A DNA stretch of 25,695 nucleotides, taken from Candidatus Binataceae bacterium. Lineage in GTDB: Bacteria; Desulfobacterota; Binatia; Binatales; Binataceae. The notes under the pieces are model-generated. The model saw only the letters and a program-made list of their open reading frames with translations, searched no databases and had not been told where the DNA came from. Of this stretch, positions 1 through 8,402 are shown piece by piece. Each line of letters starts with the position of its first letter. Positions within the stretch are counted from its first letter, which is position 1. The stretch spans positions 1 through 25,695 of the forward strand of contig DASPQU010000251.1 of NCBI GenBank assembly GCA_035624805.1. The letters run 5' to 3'. Made by a program: the position numbers and the translations under genes.

Positions 1-50
1 CATTGCGCGCTCCATTACCACACGACTGGCTCACTCGTCACGCCGGATGA

Positions 51-164
51 GATTTTGACGAGGCACAGGTGAAGTGCGGCAACCCAGTGTACGAATCCAG
101 CGTAGTCGCCGCGGATTCGGTACGTGTTATAGGGCGCGTAATCTGGAGCGGCCGACGACTCTAG
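51..164 (+). pseudogene. C-terminal remnant of an S24-family peptidase / LexA-CI-like repressor
   Basis: Manual translation gives DFDEAQVKCGNPVYESSVVAADSVRVIGRVIWSGRRL*. This resembles the S24 C-terminus (SDNPxY ... IIGRVVWxGRxL). An in-frame TGA at 48-50 cuts it off from upstream sequence. Not in the ORF track. Confidence 0.5.
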
Positions 165-188
165 TCGCCGATTTGCTCCGTTCGGCAT

Positions 189-953
189 TCACTCGTCGAT
201 GCGCCGCGCGGCGAAGCGCAATCGGACATAGTCGACGACCCACACGCCGTCGGGACCGCACAGCTTCTCACGGAGTTCGTCGCGCACTTCAAACAGAAAC
301 ACCCGACGCTCTCCAGGAGCAACGGCAGCGCTGAAGCTTTCTGCAAATGTTTCGAGCCACCCGATCACATCGCCGGGCAGCGGTGTCGGTCGAGGAATCA
401 GCGCGATATATTCAACTGCGAATTTACCTCTGACAAGCCGCGCCGAGTAATCTTCCACCGTCGGGAAGTACCATGGATTATGGGCCTCGCCGTCGATACC
501 ACGGCGCGCCATTGCCGCCATCAATGCGGATTTGATTTTCGCGACGCATCCGAATCCTCCCATCTCGCCCACGAAACGGCCGCTAGGTCGCAGCGCACGC
601 CACACACCCGCGATCACAGGGTCAGCCCGTTTCATCCAGTGAAGAGCGGCATTGCTGAACACGGCGTTGAATTCGCCGTCAAAGTTCAACGCCTCGGCGT
701 CGCCCACGCGGGCATCGAGGCCAAGCTTGCGCGCCCCGGCGATTTGCTCGGAACTCGCGTCAATTCCCACAACTTCGCATCCCGCATCCACCAGTTTTCG
801 CGTGAGCACGCCGTCGCCGCATCCGAGATCGAGGATTCTTTCGCCCTGGCGCGGGTCCAGCAGGCCGAGAACCGGTGCTCCGAGATCGGAAACAAACCTC
901 GCGTTACGCGCGTACCTTTCGGGATCCCATGATTGTGCGTGCGTCACCGTCAT
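189..953 (-). CDS. Class I SAM-dependent methyltransferase (trans-aconitate methyltransferase-like)
   Basis: Motif I ILDLGCGDG, VFSNAALHW, N-terminal WDPERY. Start moved from 1022 to ATG 953, which has a GGGAGAGG ribosome-binding site. Confidence 0.9.
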   Translation of the reverse strand: MTVTHAQSWDPERYARNARFVSDLGAPVLGLLDPRQGERILDLGCGDGVLTRKLVDAGCEVVGIDASSEQIAGARKLGLDARVGDAEALNFDGEFNAVFSNAALHWMKRADPVIAGVWRALRPSGRFVGEMGGFGCVAKIKSALMAAMARRGIDGEAHNPWYFPTVEDYSARLVRGKFAVEYIALIPRPTPLPGDVIGWLETFAESFSAAVAPGERRVFLFEVRDELREKLCGPDGVWVVDYVRLRFAARRIDE

Positions 954-975
954 ATCGCCTCTCCCGGTTGTAATT

Positions 976-995
976 TTATTAACTGTGGTTAATAA
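976..995. promoter_or_regulatory. Perfect 8-4-8 inverted repeat TTATTAAC-TGTG-GTTAATAA, probable MarR operator
   Basis: Seen directly in the AT-rich spacer between the divergent methyltransferase and MarR genes. A TATAAT lies at 1010-1015. Confidence 0.7.
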
Positions 996-1033
996 TCTAC
1001 AGGGTGCAATATAATATCGCAAGCCTCGAAGTG

Positions 1034-1510
1034 ATGACCGCGATCGAACGCCTGGGCGTGCTCACGGGACTTTACGAACGTCGTCGCGAAGCGCTGGCGC
1101 GCGAAGCGGGCCTGACGGTCGAACAATGGAGCGTGCTTGAGGAAATCGAAACCGAGCACTTCATGCCGTCGATGTTTGCGCGCCGGCGTTCGAGTTCCGC
1201 AGCGGCGGTTTCGAAAATCCTGCGACAGCTTCTCGACGCCGGGTTGATTGCGGTCGCAATCGGAACGGGTGATCGCAGGTGTCGCGCGTATTCGACAACG
1301 GCCAAAGGTAGCGAAAAGCTGTCCAGGGTGCGCGCCGAGCGCCGGCGAGCGATCAACGCGATATGGAGAGGATTCCCGGCGCAGCAATTACGGACGTTTT
1401 CCCGCTTCGCGGCGGCTCTTTCGCGGCGAATCGAAGACTATGAAATTTCGGCCCGGGTCCGTCGCAAAGTCAGCCGCGTCGATTCAGGAATCCGAAGACC
1501 ACAAACGTGA
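1034..1510 (+). CDS. MarR-family winged-helix transcriptional regulator
   Basis: GLTVEQWSVL, AVSKILRQLLDAGLI, DRR..Y..TAKG pattern. Start uncertain (1004, 1031 or 1034); 1004 would place the TATAAT inside the CDS. Confidence 0.85.
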   Translation: MTAIERLGVLTGLYERRREALAREAGLTVEQWSVLEEIETEHFMPSMFARRRSSSAAAVSKILRQLLDAGLIAVAIGTGDRRCRAYSTTAKGSEKLSRVRAERRRAINAIWRGFPAQQLRTFSRFAAALSRRIEDYEISARVRRKVSRVDSGIRRPQT

Positions 1511-1628
1511 CTCCCAGAAATATCAGTGGCAGTATCGCGTTGGGCTTCGCATCGGCGACCGTCGCCAAAATACCGGCAACGAAGATGAACCCGCATCCCG
1601 CACTGATAAAGATAAGCGACTTTTCCAT
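1470..1628 (-). CDS. Small 52-aa protein with two predicted transmembrane helices
   Basis: Manual translation: MEKSLIFISAGCGFIFVAGILATVADAKPNAILPLIFLGVTFVVFGFLNRRG*. Two hydrophobic runs, a short polar loop and a basic C-terminus. Below the ORF-track length cutoff; RBS weak. Confidence 0.55.
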   Translation of the reverse strand: MEKSLIFISAGCGFIFVAGILATVADAKPNAILPLIFLGVTFVVFGFLNRRG

Positions 1629-1735
1629 AGTCGTCTTGTCACCGCCCCGCGACCCGCACCGATGGCCCTCCGCGCTCCATAGTACCGACTCGCGGTTGGA
1701 TAATCCATATCAAAAAGTCACTGGAGATTATCTCT

Positions 1736-2974
1736 TCAAGCGAGCATTCGATGAGTATTCTCCGTAAGGCAGGCGGTTTCGAGCCCGTACGGACATGCGT
1801 CAGCACACGCACGCGAACTGCATTCGAGACAGGCGGAGGCGTTCACCGACAACAGTGTATATTCCCGCACTGCAAGATCGCGATCTTTATAATCCAGTGC
1901 ATACATTCGAGAACGAAGCACTTCACCGATCGGTACGCCGGCCGGACATGAACTCTCGCATATCCCGCACCCGATACGGCAGTAGCTGTCTGAATTCGCA
2001 ACCGCGTAGCGCTTGAGAAGGTCAGCATCGTCTTCAAGCAGCGCCGTAGCCCCCGACGCTCCCACGTATTCATCGACCATCGCGGCGCTGGTCATCGTCA
2101 CGATCAGCGCATTCACATTCGGATTGGAGAGCACCCATCGAAAGGCGGCTTGCGGAAACGTGGCGCCGTTTTTCTGATAAGGACGCATGTCGTTGATACG
2201 TCCGCCCATCAGGGTCTTCATCGCAATCACGCCTACGCCCTTGTCGTGGGCCTTGGCGAGGATACGCGGCAACTCGGGCTGTAGCGCAACGAAATCGAAG
2301 CTGCGCAGGAAACGCTGATAGAAGCGCGGATCCTGCCCAAAGTTGTACGCGCACAGAATCACGTCGAACTTGCCGGAATCGATCGCGTAGTCCAGCGACT
2401 CGTGCAATCGTCCCGCGTGACCTGACACTCCCGTGAACCGGATTTTCCCCTGCTGCTTCGCGCGATCGGCAAACTCATGCCATTCAGGATTTTTGAGCCG
2501 TTCGACATCGTTGCAGGCATGCTGGAAATACACGTCGACGTGATCCGTGCCGAGGCGGCGCAGGCTGCCTTCGAGAGCCGCCATGATTGACTCTCGTTTC
2601 GAATCGGGCGTCGTGATCATTTTGGAAGTGAGAAAAACCTTGTCGCGCCTGCCGACGAGCGCCTTTCCCAGGACGATTTCCGAATCGCCGCCGGTGTAGC
2701 TCTCCGCGCTGTCGAAGTAGTTGACGCCGCAATCGAACGCGTGCCGGACGATATCCTCGTCGCCCAATCGCAGCCTACTCGCTCCGAACGAGATGTCGGA
2801 AATTCTGAGGCCCGTGCGCCCCAGCGTGCGATAATTTGCGATCCTCGTGGGACGAAGATCGATCGATGCCGTCGCGGCAAGAGGCGAGAAAATCCCCGCG
2901 CCCAGCGAAGCTGCCGCGGCGTTTTTCACGAAATCACGGCGACCTACAATCCGTCGCGTCCAATCGAGGGCCAT
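1736..2974 (-). CDS. Aldo/keto reductase with twin-arginine signal and C-terminal 4Fe-4S dicluster
   Basis: RRDFVK Tat motif; YRTLGRTGL, FDSAESY, LGTDHVDVY AKR motifs; C-terminal CRIGCGICESSCP ... CLECSSRACADACP. Confidence 0.92.
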   Translation of the reverse strand: MALDWTRRIVGRRDFVKNAAAASLGAGIFSPLAATASIDLRPTRIANYRTLGRTGLRISDISFGASRLRLGDEDIVRHAFDCGVNYFDSAESYTGGDSEIVLGKALVGRRDKVFLTSKMITTPDSKRESIMAALEGSLRRLGTDHVDVYFQHACNDVERLKNPEWHEFADRAKQQGKIRFTGVSGHAGRLHESLDYAIDSGKFDVILCAYNFGQDPRFYQRFLRSFDFVALQPELPRILAKAHDKGVGVIAMKTLMGGRINDMRPYQKNGATFPQAAFRWVLSNPNVNALIVTMTSAAMVDEYVGASGATALLEDDADLLKRYAVANSDSYCRIGCGICESSCPAGVPIGEVLRSRMYALDYKDRDLAVREYTLLSVNASACLECSSRACADACPYGLETACLTENTHRMLA

Positions 2975-3095
2975 CGGCGAACTCCTTATCGGCAGGTTTA
3001 GTGAATTTTACTAGAGCGCCTTGCCGCCGACAATTTGACGATTACGGGCGCGGGATGCTTTGCTGAGTCCGAATTCAACTCGACGGGAATCACCG

Positions 3096-3551
3096 ATGGG
3101 CAAGTATTTTGACGAGTTCAAAGTCGGCGAGACGTTTCAACATCAGCCGGGACGCACCGTAACCGAAACCGACAATCTGCTCTTCACCACGCTGACGATG
3201 AATCCGCAGCCGCTACATCTTGATGCGGAATTCGCCTCGAAGCGCGAGTTCGGACAGCGCCTCGTAAACAGCATTTTCACGCTGGGGCTCATCGTTGGAC
3301 TGTCGGTCGGCGACACGACGCTTGGCACGACGGTGGGAAATCTCGGCTTCGAGAAAGTCGAATTTCCCAAACCAGTGTTCATCGGCGATACTCTTTATGC
3401 GGAGACCGAGGTGGCGGAGTTGCGCCCGTCAAAATCGCGGCCCGAATGGGGCATCGTGATCTTCGAGCATCGTGCAAAAAACCAGCGCGGCGAGTACGTG
3501 ATGAAATGTCGGCGCGCGGCGATGATGCTGCGCAAGCCGGCGGGTTCGTGA
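3096..3551 (+). CDS. MaoC-family (hot-dog) acyl-CoA dehydratase/hydratase
   Basis: [41 protein letters not shown]. Start moved to ATG 3096 (MGKYFDEF). Confidence 0.92.
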   Translation: MGKYFDEFKVGETFQHQPGRTVTETDNLLFTTLTMNPQPLHLDAEFASKREFGQRLVNSIFTLGLIVGLSVGDTTLGTTVGNLGFEKVEFPKPVFIGDTLYAETEVAELRPSKSRPEWGIVIFEHRAKNQRGEYVMKCRRAAMMLRKPAGS

Positions 3552-3575
3552 ACCATGCCGGACGGAGGTCTGCAT

Positions 3576-4502
3576 ATGTCGTCGCGTCGCGCGATCCACT
3601 TCGTTCCGGGCGCTAATGAAAAGCTGCTCGCGAAATCAGTCGAATTCGCCGCCGACACGCTCGTGCTTGATCTTGAAGATTCCGTGACGCCGGAGAACAA
3701 GGAGGGCGCACGCAAGACCGTCAACGAATGGCTCAGGAGCGCTGATTTTCGCGGCAAGGAGCGGATGGTGAGGATGAATCCGCTCGATACGCCGTGGGGG
3801 GTTCAGGACCTCGAGGTCACGATGGAGGGGCGGCCCGACTCGTACATGGTGCCGAAAGTGCGCACCGCCGACGACCTGCTGCGCGTTGACAAAATCATCA
3901 GCGAGATTGAGCGGCGTTACGGGCATCCTGCGGGCGGCGTAAAGTTGCTGGTAATCGCGACTGAAACGCCGCAGGGTTTGCTCAATATACGGGATTTCGG
4001 CGGATGCCCGCGGGTTGATTCGATGTCGTGGGGCGCGGAGGATCTCTCGGCTGCGATCGGCGCGCGGCGAAATCGCGACGAGCGCGGCGAATTCCTCGAA
4101 GTGTTCCGTTATGCGCGCGTCATGACGCTGCTCGCCGCGACCGCATCCTCGGTGCAGCCGATCGATACCGCTTACGTGAACCTTCGCGACATGGATGGAT
4201 TTCGCCGCGACTGCATCGAGGGCGCATGGATGGGATTCACCGGGAAGATTACGATTCATCCCGCGCAGATCGATATCGTCAACGAGGTATTCTCGCCGTC
4301 GGAGCAGGAGTTGGCGGACGCCCGGGAATTGCTTGCCGCGTTCGAGGAAAATCAGAAAGCCGGCAGGATGACCTTCAGCTTCAAGGGCGAGATGGTCGAC
4401 GTCCCTCATCTGAATCGCGCCCGAACCATCATCGAGCGTGCGCGGCGCCCGTCGGGCCGCCGACAAAAATCAACTTCTGAAAGTGGAGAGGGCGCGACGT
4501 GA
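3576..4502 (+). CDS. CoA-ester lyase, HpcH/HpaI-CitE family
   Basis: FVPG, ADTLVLDLEDSV, MVPKV, WGAEDL, GFTGKITIHPAQI. GGAGGT at 3564-3569 supports ATG 3576. Confidence 0.92.
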   Translation: MSSRRAIHFVPGANEKLLAKSVEFAADTLVLDLEDSVTPENKEGARKTVNEWLRSADFRGKERMVRMNPLDTPWGVQDLEVTMEGRPDSYMVPKVRTADDLLRVDKIISEIERRYGHPAGGVKLLVIATETPQGLLNIRDFGGCPRVDSMSWGAEDLSAAIGARRNRDERGEFLEVFRYARVMTLLAATASSVQPIDTAYVNLRDMDGFRRDCIEGAWMGFTGKITIHPAQIDIVNEVFSPSEQELADARELLAAFEENQKAGRMTFSFKGEMVDVPHLNRARTIIERARRPSGRRQKSTSESGEGAT

Positions 4503-5350
4503 ACTACGCTGAGAAATTTCTGATCCCACCGGGCAGGAAAGTTCGTCTCGCGCACATCAATCCGAGTTTCACCGGCAGACACGAAGACAAGACCTCGGCG
4601 CAGGGAGAGGTCCTTCATTACACAGAGAAGATGCGGGCGCTGCAGTACCAGATGTACGCCGAGAATCGCCGCTCGCTGCTGATTATCCTGCAGGCGATGG
4701 ACGCGGGCGGGAAGGACGGGACCATTCGCCACGTGCTCGGCGCGATGAATCCTATGGGATGTCGCGTTCAATCTTTCAAGGTTCCCTCGGCGGAGGAAGC
4801 CTCGCACGAGTATCTATGGCGGGTGCATCGCGCGGCGCCGGCCCTCGGGCAAGTGGTTATTTTCAACCGCTCGCACTACGAAGACGTGCTGGTTACTCGC
4901 GTTCACGGCTCGCTCAAGCGCGCCGATTGTGTGAAGCGATTCAAGGAAATCAATGAATTTGAGCAATACCTAATTGATAATCATGTGCATATTCTCAAAT
5001 TCTTTCTGCATATCAGCAAGGACGAGCAGCTCAACCGGTTCAAGGACCGGCTGGACGATCCAACGCATCACTGGAAGATAAGCGAGAACGACTACGCGGA
5101 ACGCGAATACTGGAATGACTATATGCACGTCTACGAAGACCTGCTGCATCATTGCAGCACCAGGGCGGCGCCGTGGTTCGTGATCCCGTCGAATCACAAG
5201 TGGTTTCGCGATCTCGCGGTATCTCAGATCGTGGTGCACACCCTCGACTCGTTCAACATGAAGTTCCCCGAAACGAAGGTCGACATCGACGACATCCGTC
5301 GCAAGTACCATCGCGCCCTCCGCGAGGAGAAGGGCATTGCGCACGCGTGA
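4499..5350 (+). CDS. ppk2: Polyphosphate kinase 2 (class III-like)
   Basis: Walker A DAGGKDG, FNRSHYEDVL (class III-type), KFFLHISKDEQ, PWFVIPS. GTG start overlaps the lyase stop (GTGA). Confidence 0.93.
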   Translation: MNYAEKFLIPPGRKVRLAHINPSFTGRHEDKTSAQGEVLHYTEKMRALQYQMYAENRRSLLIILQAMDAGGKDGTIRHVLGAMNPMGCRVQSFKVPSAEEASHEYLWRVHRAAPALGQVVIFNRSHYEDVLVTRVHGSLKRADCVKRFKEINEFEQYLIDNHVHILKFFLHISKDEQLNRFKDRLDDPTHHWKISENDYAEREYWNDYMHVYEDLLHHCSTRAAPWFVIPSNHKWFRDLAVSQIVVHTLDSFNMKFPETKVDIDDIRRKYHRALREEKGIAHA

Positions 5351-5422
5351 TTCGCGCCGGCCCTATGGCGGCGACGAGCGGTTTCCTTTAACATCACACG
5401 AGCGCCAGTTCGCGAAGGCCCG

Positions 5423-6700
5423 ATGCCTGACACCACCAGCGATCTCGCCCATAACGCACTCGGATTCGTGATGGCGCTCGCGATCGGCTTTTTGGTCGGT
5501 CGCACCCGCGAGCCCACGGCGACGCAGCCTCCGCGCCCCGGCGTCCGCGACTTCCTTATTATCTCCCTTCTCGGCGCCATCGCTGGATACGCGGGTAACG
5601 CTCCCGTGTTCGTCTCGTTGTTCGTCGCCACCTCGGCGATGCTTCTCCTGATGCGAGCGCATCATCCCGAGCGCAGCGGAATCACGACCGAGCTGGCCGC
5701 CCTGGCGACTTTTGTCGTCGCAAGCCTTTGTGTCGGCGAGCAGCGACAGCTAGGCGCGGCGCTGGGAATAGTGCTGGCGACGATCGTGGCGCGGCGCACG
5801 GAGTTGCGGCGCTTCGTTCGCGAGGGAATCTCGGACGACGAATATATCGACACGTTGAGTTTCCTCGGACTGATCTTCGTCATCTATCCGTTGCTGCCCA
5901 AGGGCGGATTCGGTCCGTTCGGATTTTTCGAACCGCGGCGAATCTGGATGTTCGTGATATTGGTGTCCGGCGTTTCGTACGTCGGATATTTCCTGACCAA
6001 GTTCAGCACGCCCCAGCGTGGAGCGATTTTGACCGCGATCGTCGGTGCGCTCGCGTCGACAACAGCCTACACAACCGGGCTCGCACGCGCGGTCAGAGAA
6101 TCTCCGGAATCCGCGCTGGAATCGACACGCGTCGGGCTGGTCGGAAATTCGATCATGTTTCCGCGCATGCTGGTGATCGTCGGATTGGTCACCCCTGCGC
6201 TCGCTGCCGGCGCTGCGCCTGCATTCGCCGCGATGGCGCTGGCAGGTTTTATCGCCGCGGTACTGCTCGGCAGATCGGTTCGATCGAGCGACGCTTCGGT
6301 ACCGGTCAGCACGTTCCGCAACCCGTTTTCGTTATGGCCTGCGCTGGAGTTCGGCTTTGTATTCACGATCGTGCTGCTTCTGACGCAGATCGGAAAGCAC
6401 TACCTGGGAGACAAGGGGCAGCTCGTCGTCGCTGCGATGAGCGGCGTCGTCGATGTCGATGCGATCTCGATCGCGTTGGCGCAGTTTGTCGGACAGGGCT
6501 CGACTTCGATCGCCACCGCGGTTGAAGGAATGATCCTGGCTGCTGCAACCAATGCGGCATTCAAGTCCGCGGTGGTAACTACCAGTGGACAGTCGGCATT
6601 CTACTCCCGGATGATGATCGGGTTCGTCGCAATGTTCGCGGCGGGCGCGGCCGTGCTATTTCTCGCAAATCCGGAACAATTCGCCAGACTCGTACAATAG
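5423..6700 (+). CDS. MgtC/SapB-family membrane protein with DUF4010 domain
   Basis: LAIGFLVGRTRE, PGVRDF, GITTELA, IWMFVILVSGVSYVGY, SGVVDVDAI; many hydrophobic helices. Confidence 0.88.
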   Translation: MPDTTSDLAHNALGFVMALAIGFLVGRTREPTATQPPRPGVRDFLIISLLGAIAGYAGNAPVFVSLFVATSAMLLLMRAHHPERSGITTELAALATFVVASLCVGEQRQLGAALGIVLATIVARRTELRRFVREGISDDEYIDTLSFLGLIFVIYPLLPKGGFGPFGFFEPRRIWMFVILVSGVSYVGYFLTKFSTPQRGAILTAIVGALASTTAYTTGLARAVRESPESALESTRVGLVGNSIMFPRMLVIVGLVTPALAAGAAPAFAAMALAGFIAAVLLGRSVRSSDASVPVSTFRNPFSLWPALEFGFVFTIVLLLTQIGKHYLGDKGQLVVAAMSGVVDVDAISIALAQFVGQGSTSIATAVEGMILAAATNAAFKSAVVTTSGQSAFYSRMMIGFVAMFAAGAAVLFLANPEQFARLVQ

Positions 6701-6704
6701 CCTC

Positions 6705-8246
6705 CTACAGAGCGCCCACCACGTCGTTGGAAACGGTGTCCCAGGCGCTGCGCTCGGCGTCGTAGGGCGCATCCTGGGCGCCGGCTTCGGATCCGAAAAT
6801 CATGGTCGCGCGGCGCACCTCGGCGTATCCGGGCCAGTCTCCGATACTCTCATTGCTTGGATTTCCGGAGCGCGCAAATGCAATCCACGCGTTCTGCATC
6901 TGATGCTCGAGTTTTTCGACCGCCGGCCCTGCGCCGGAAAACTGCGCCATCCCCGGAAGCTGATTCGTGCCGAAGACGAATCCGAGTTCGAGCGCGTGAC
7001 ACGATCCGAGAATTCCTCCCATCGCGGGCGAGCGCCAGGTGAACATGTAGCTGTAGGTGCGCGATTCGCGCGCGCCATGCGTTTCTGCCAGGCGCACGCC
7101 GGGCATCCGGAACACGCGATCGCTTTCGATTGCGGAAAACAACTCGGCCGGCGACGTCGATGCTCGACGCGAGGCGCGCGCCGCTTCATAGGCGCCGACC
7201 ATTTTCTCGGATTGTCCGTCCAACCGGCGCGAGAGCCGCGCGACGAGACCGGCGCGATCGAGCTTGCCGAGATTTGGATCCATGACTGCGAAGAGCTTCC
7301 ATTCCTCGAGCGTCGAGCCGACCATCACCGCCACGCCGGCGGCAGAGCCCTCCCCGACCATGTCGATCGGTTTGCGTGGCAGCACGACGCCGTCCGCCAC
7401 CGGATGATACGCCATCCCGAGTTCGGGATCGGGCGTTATGCCGTCGGCAAGCAGCGCGCCTTTGAGCAATTGCGCGGGCGTCAGCGCATAGAGCGAATCG
7501 ACGTTCGATGCAGACGCGCCGAGGCGCGCGATGACACGCTCGGCGACGCGATTTGCACGCGCCACCGATGACGCCGTATGGCACGCGCCGCTTTGCGGGA
7601 TCGCCTTGTGAAACAGTCCGCGTGCGGCAGGCATCCCAAGCAGAGTGCCGACGCTCATTCCGCCGGCGGATTCTCCGAAAATCAGCACGTTCTCGGGATC
7701 GCCGCCGAAGTTCTCGATATTGTCGCGGACCCACGTGAGCGCCGCGATTTGATCGAGGATACCCTCGTTGCCGGTCGACGGGATTTTCCCTCCGGTCACG
7801 TCGGCAAGGCGCAGGAAGCCCAACGCGCCGAGACGATAATTGATTGTCACGACAACCACGTCGCCGCGGCGTGCCAGCGACGAACCGTCGTAAATCGCCT
7901 GCGAGCCGGAGCCTATCGTAAACGCGCCACCGTGAATCCAGACCATCACCGGGCGGCGCGCGCGATCGGTGGCCGGGGTCCAGACGTTCAGGGAGAGACA
8001 ATCTTCCGATTGCTCCTGCTGGATCATCATCGCGGCAAGCGCGGAGAGCATCACCGGATTTTGCGGCGCGGCATATCCGAACTTGTTCGCATCGCGCGTC
8101 CCGCTCCACGACGCAGGCGCTTGCGGCGCCGTCCATCGACGAGCGCCGGTAGGTGCAGCGGCAAACGGAATTCCTCTGAAAACGTGAAGCCCGTTCAGCT
8201 CTTCGCCCTGCACTTTTCCATTGCGCGTGGTGACGATTGTGCTCAT
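6705..8246 (-). CDS. Type-B carboxylesterase/lipase (p-nitrobenzyl esterase-like)
   Basis: FRGIPFA, SEDCLSLNVW, WIHGGAF, nucleophile GESAG, CHALEL. Start moved to ATG 8246, which has a purine-rich RBS. Confidence 0.95.
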   Translation of the reverse strand: MSTIVTTRNGKVQGEELNGLHVFRGIPFAAAPTGARRWTAPQAPASWSGTRDANKFGYAAPQNPVMLSALAAMMIQQEQSEDCLSLNVWTPATDRARRPVMVWIHGGAFTIGSGSQAIYDGSSLARRGDVVVVTINYRLGALGFLRLADVTGGKIPSTGNEGILDQIAALTWVRDNIENFGGDPENVLIFGESAGGMSVGTLLGMPAARGLFHKAIPQSGACHTASSVARANRVAERVIARLGASASNVDSLYALTPAQLLKGALLADGITPDPELGMAYHPVADGVVLPRKPIDMVGEGSAAGVAVMVGSTLEEWKLFAVMDPNLGKLDRAGLVARLSRRLDGQSEKMVGAYEAARASRRASTSPAELFSAIESDRVFRMPGVRLAETHGARESRTYSYMFTWRSPAMGGILGSCHALELGFVFGTNQLPGMAQFSGAGPAVEKLEHQMQNAWIAFARSGNPSNESIGDWPGYAEVRRATMIFGSEAGAQDAPYDAERSAWDTVSNDVVGAL

Positions 8247-8402
8247 TCTTCTCTCTCCCCGGCCCGAATCGCAGTGTTCATTAAGATGTAACATCACGTT
8301 CGTAAACGGGGAAAGCCCGGCGACCGGTTTCGAATCGAAAAAAGAAACCCGGGGGGGGGACTCGATACGACGCGGAACACCTCGGCCATCCGACTGGCGC
8401 CG

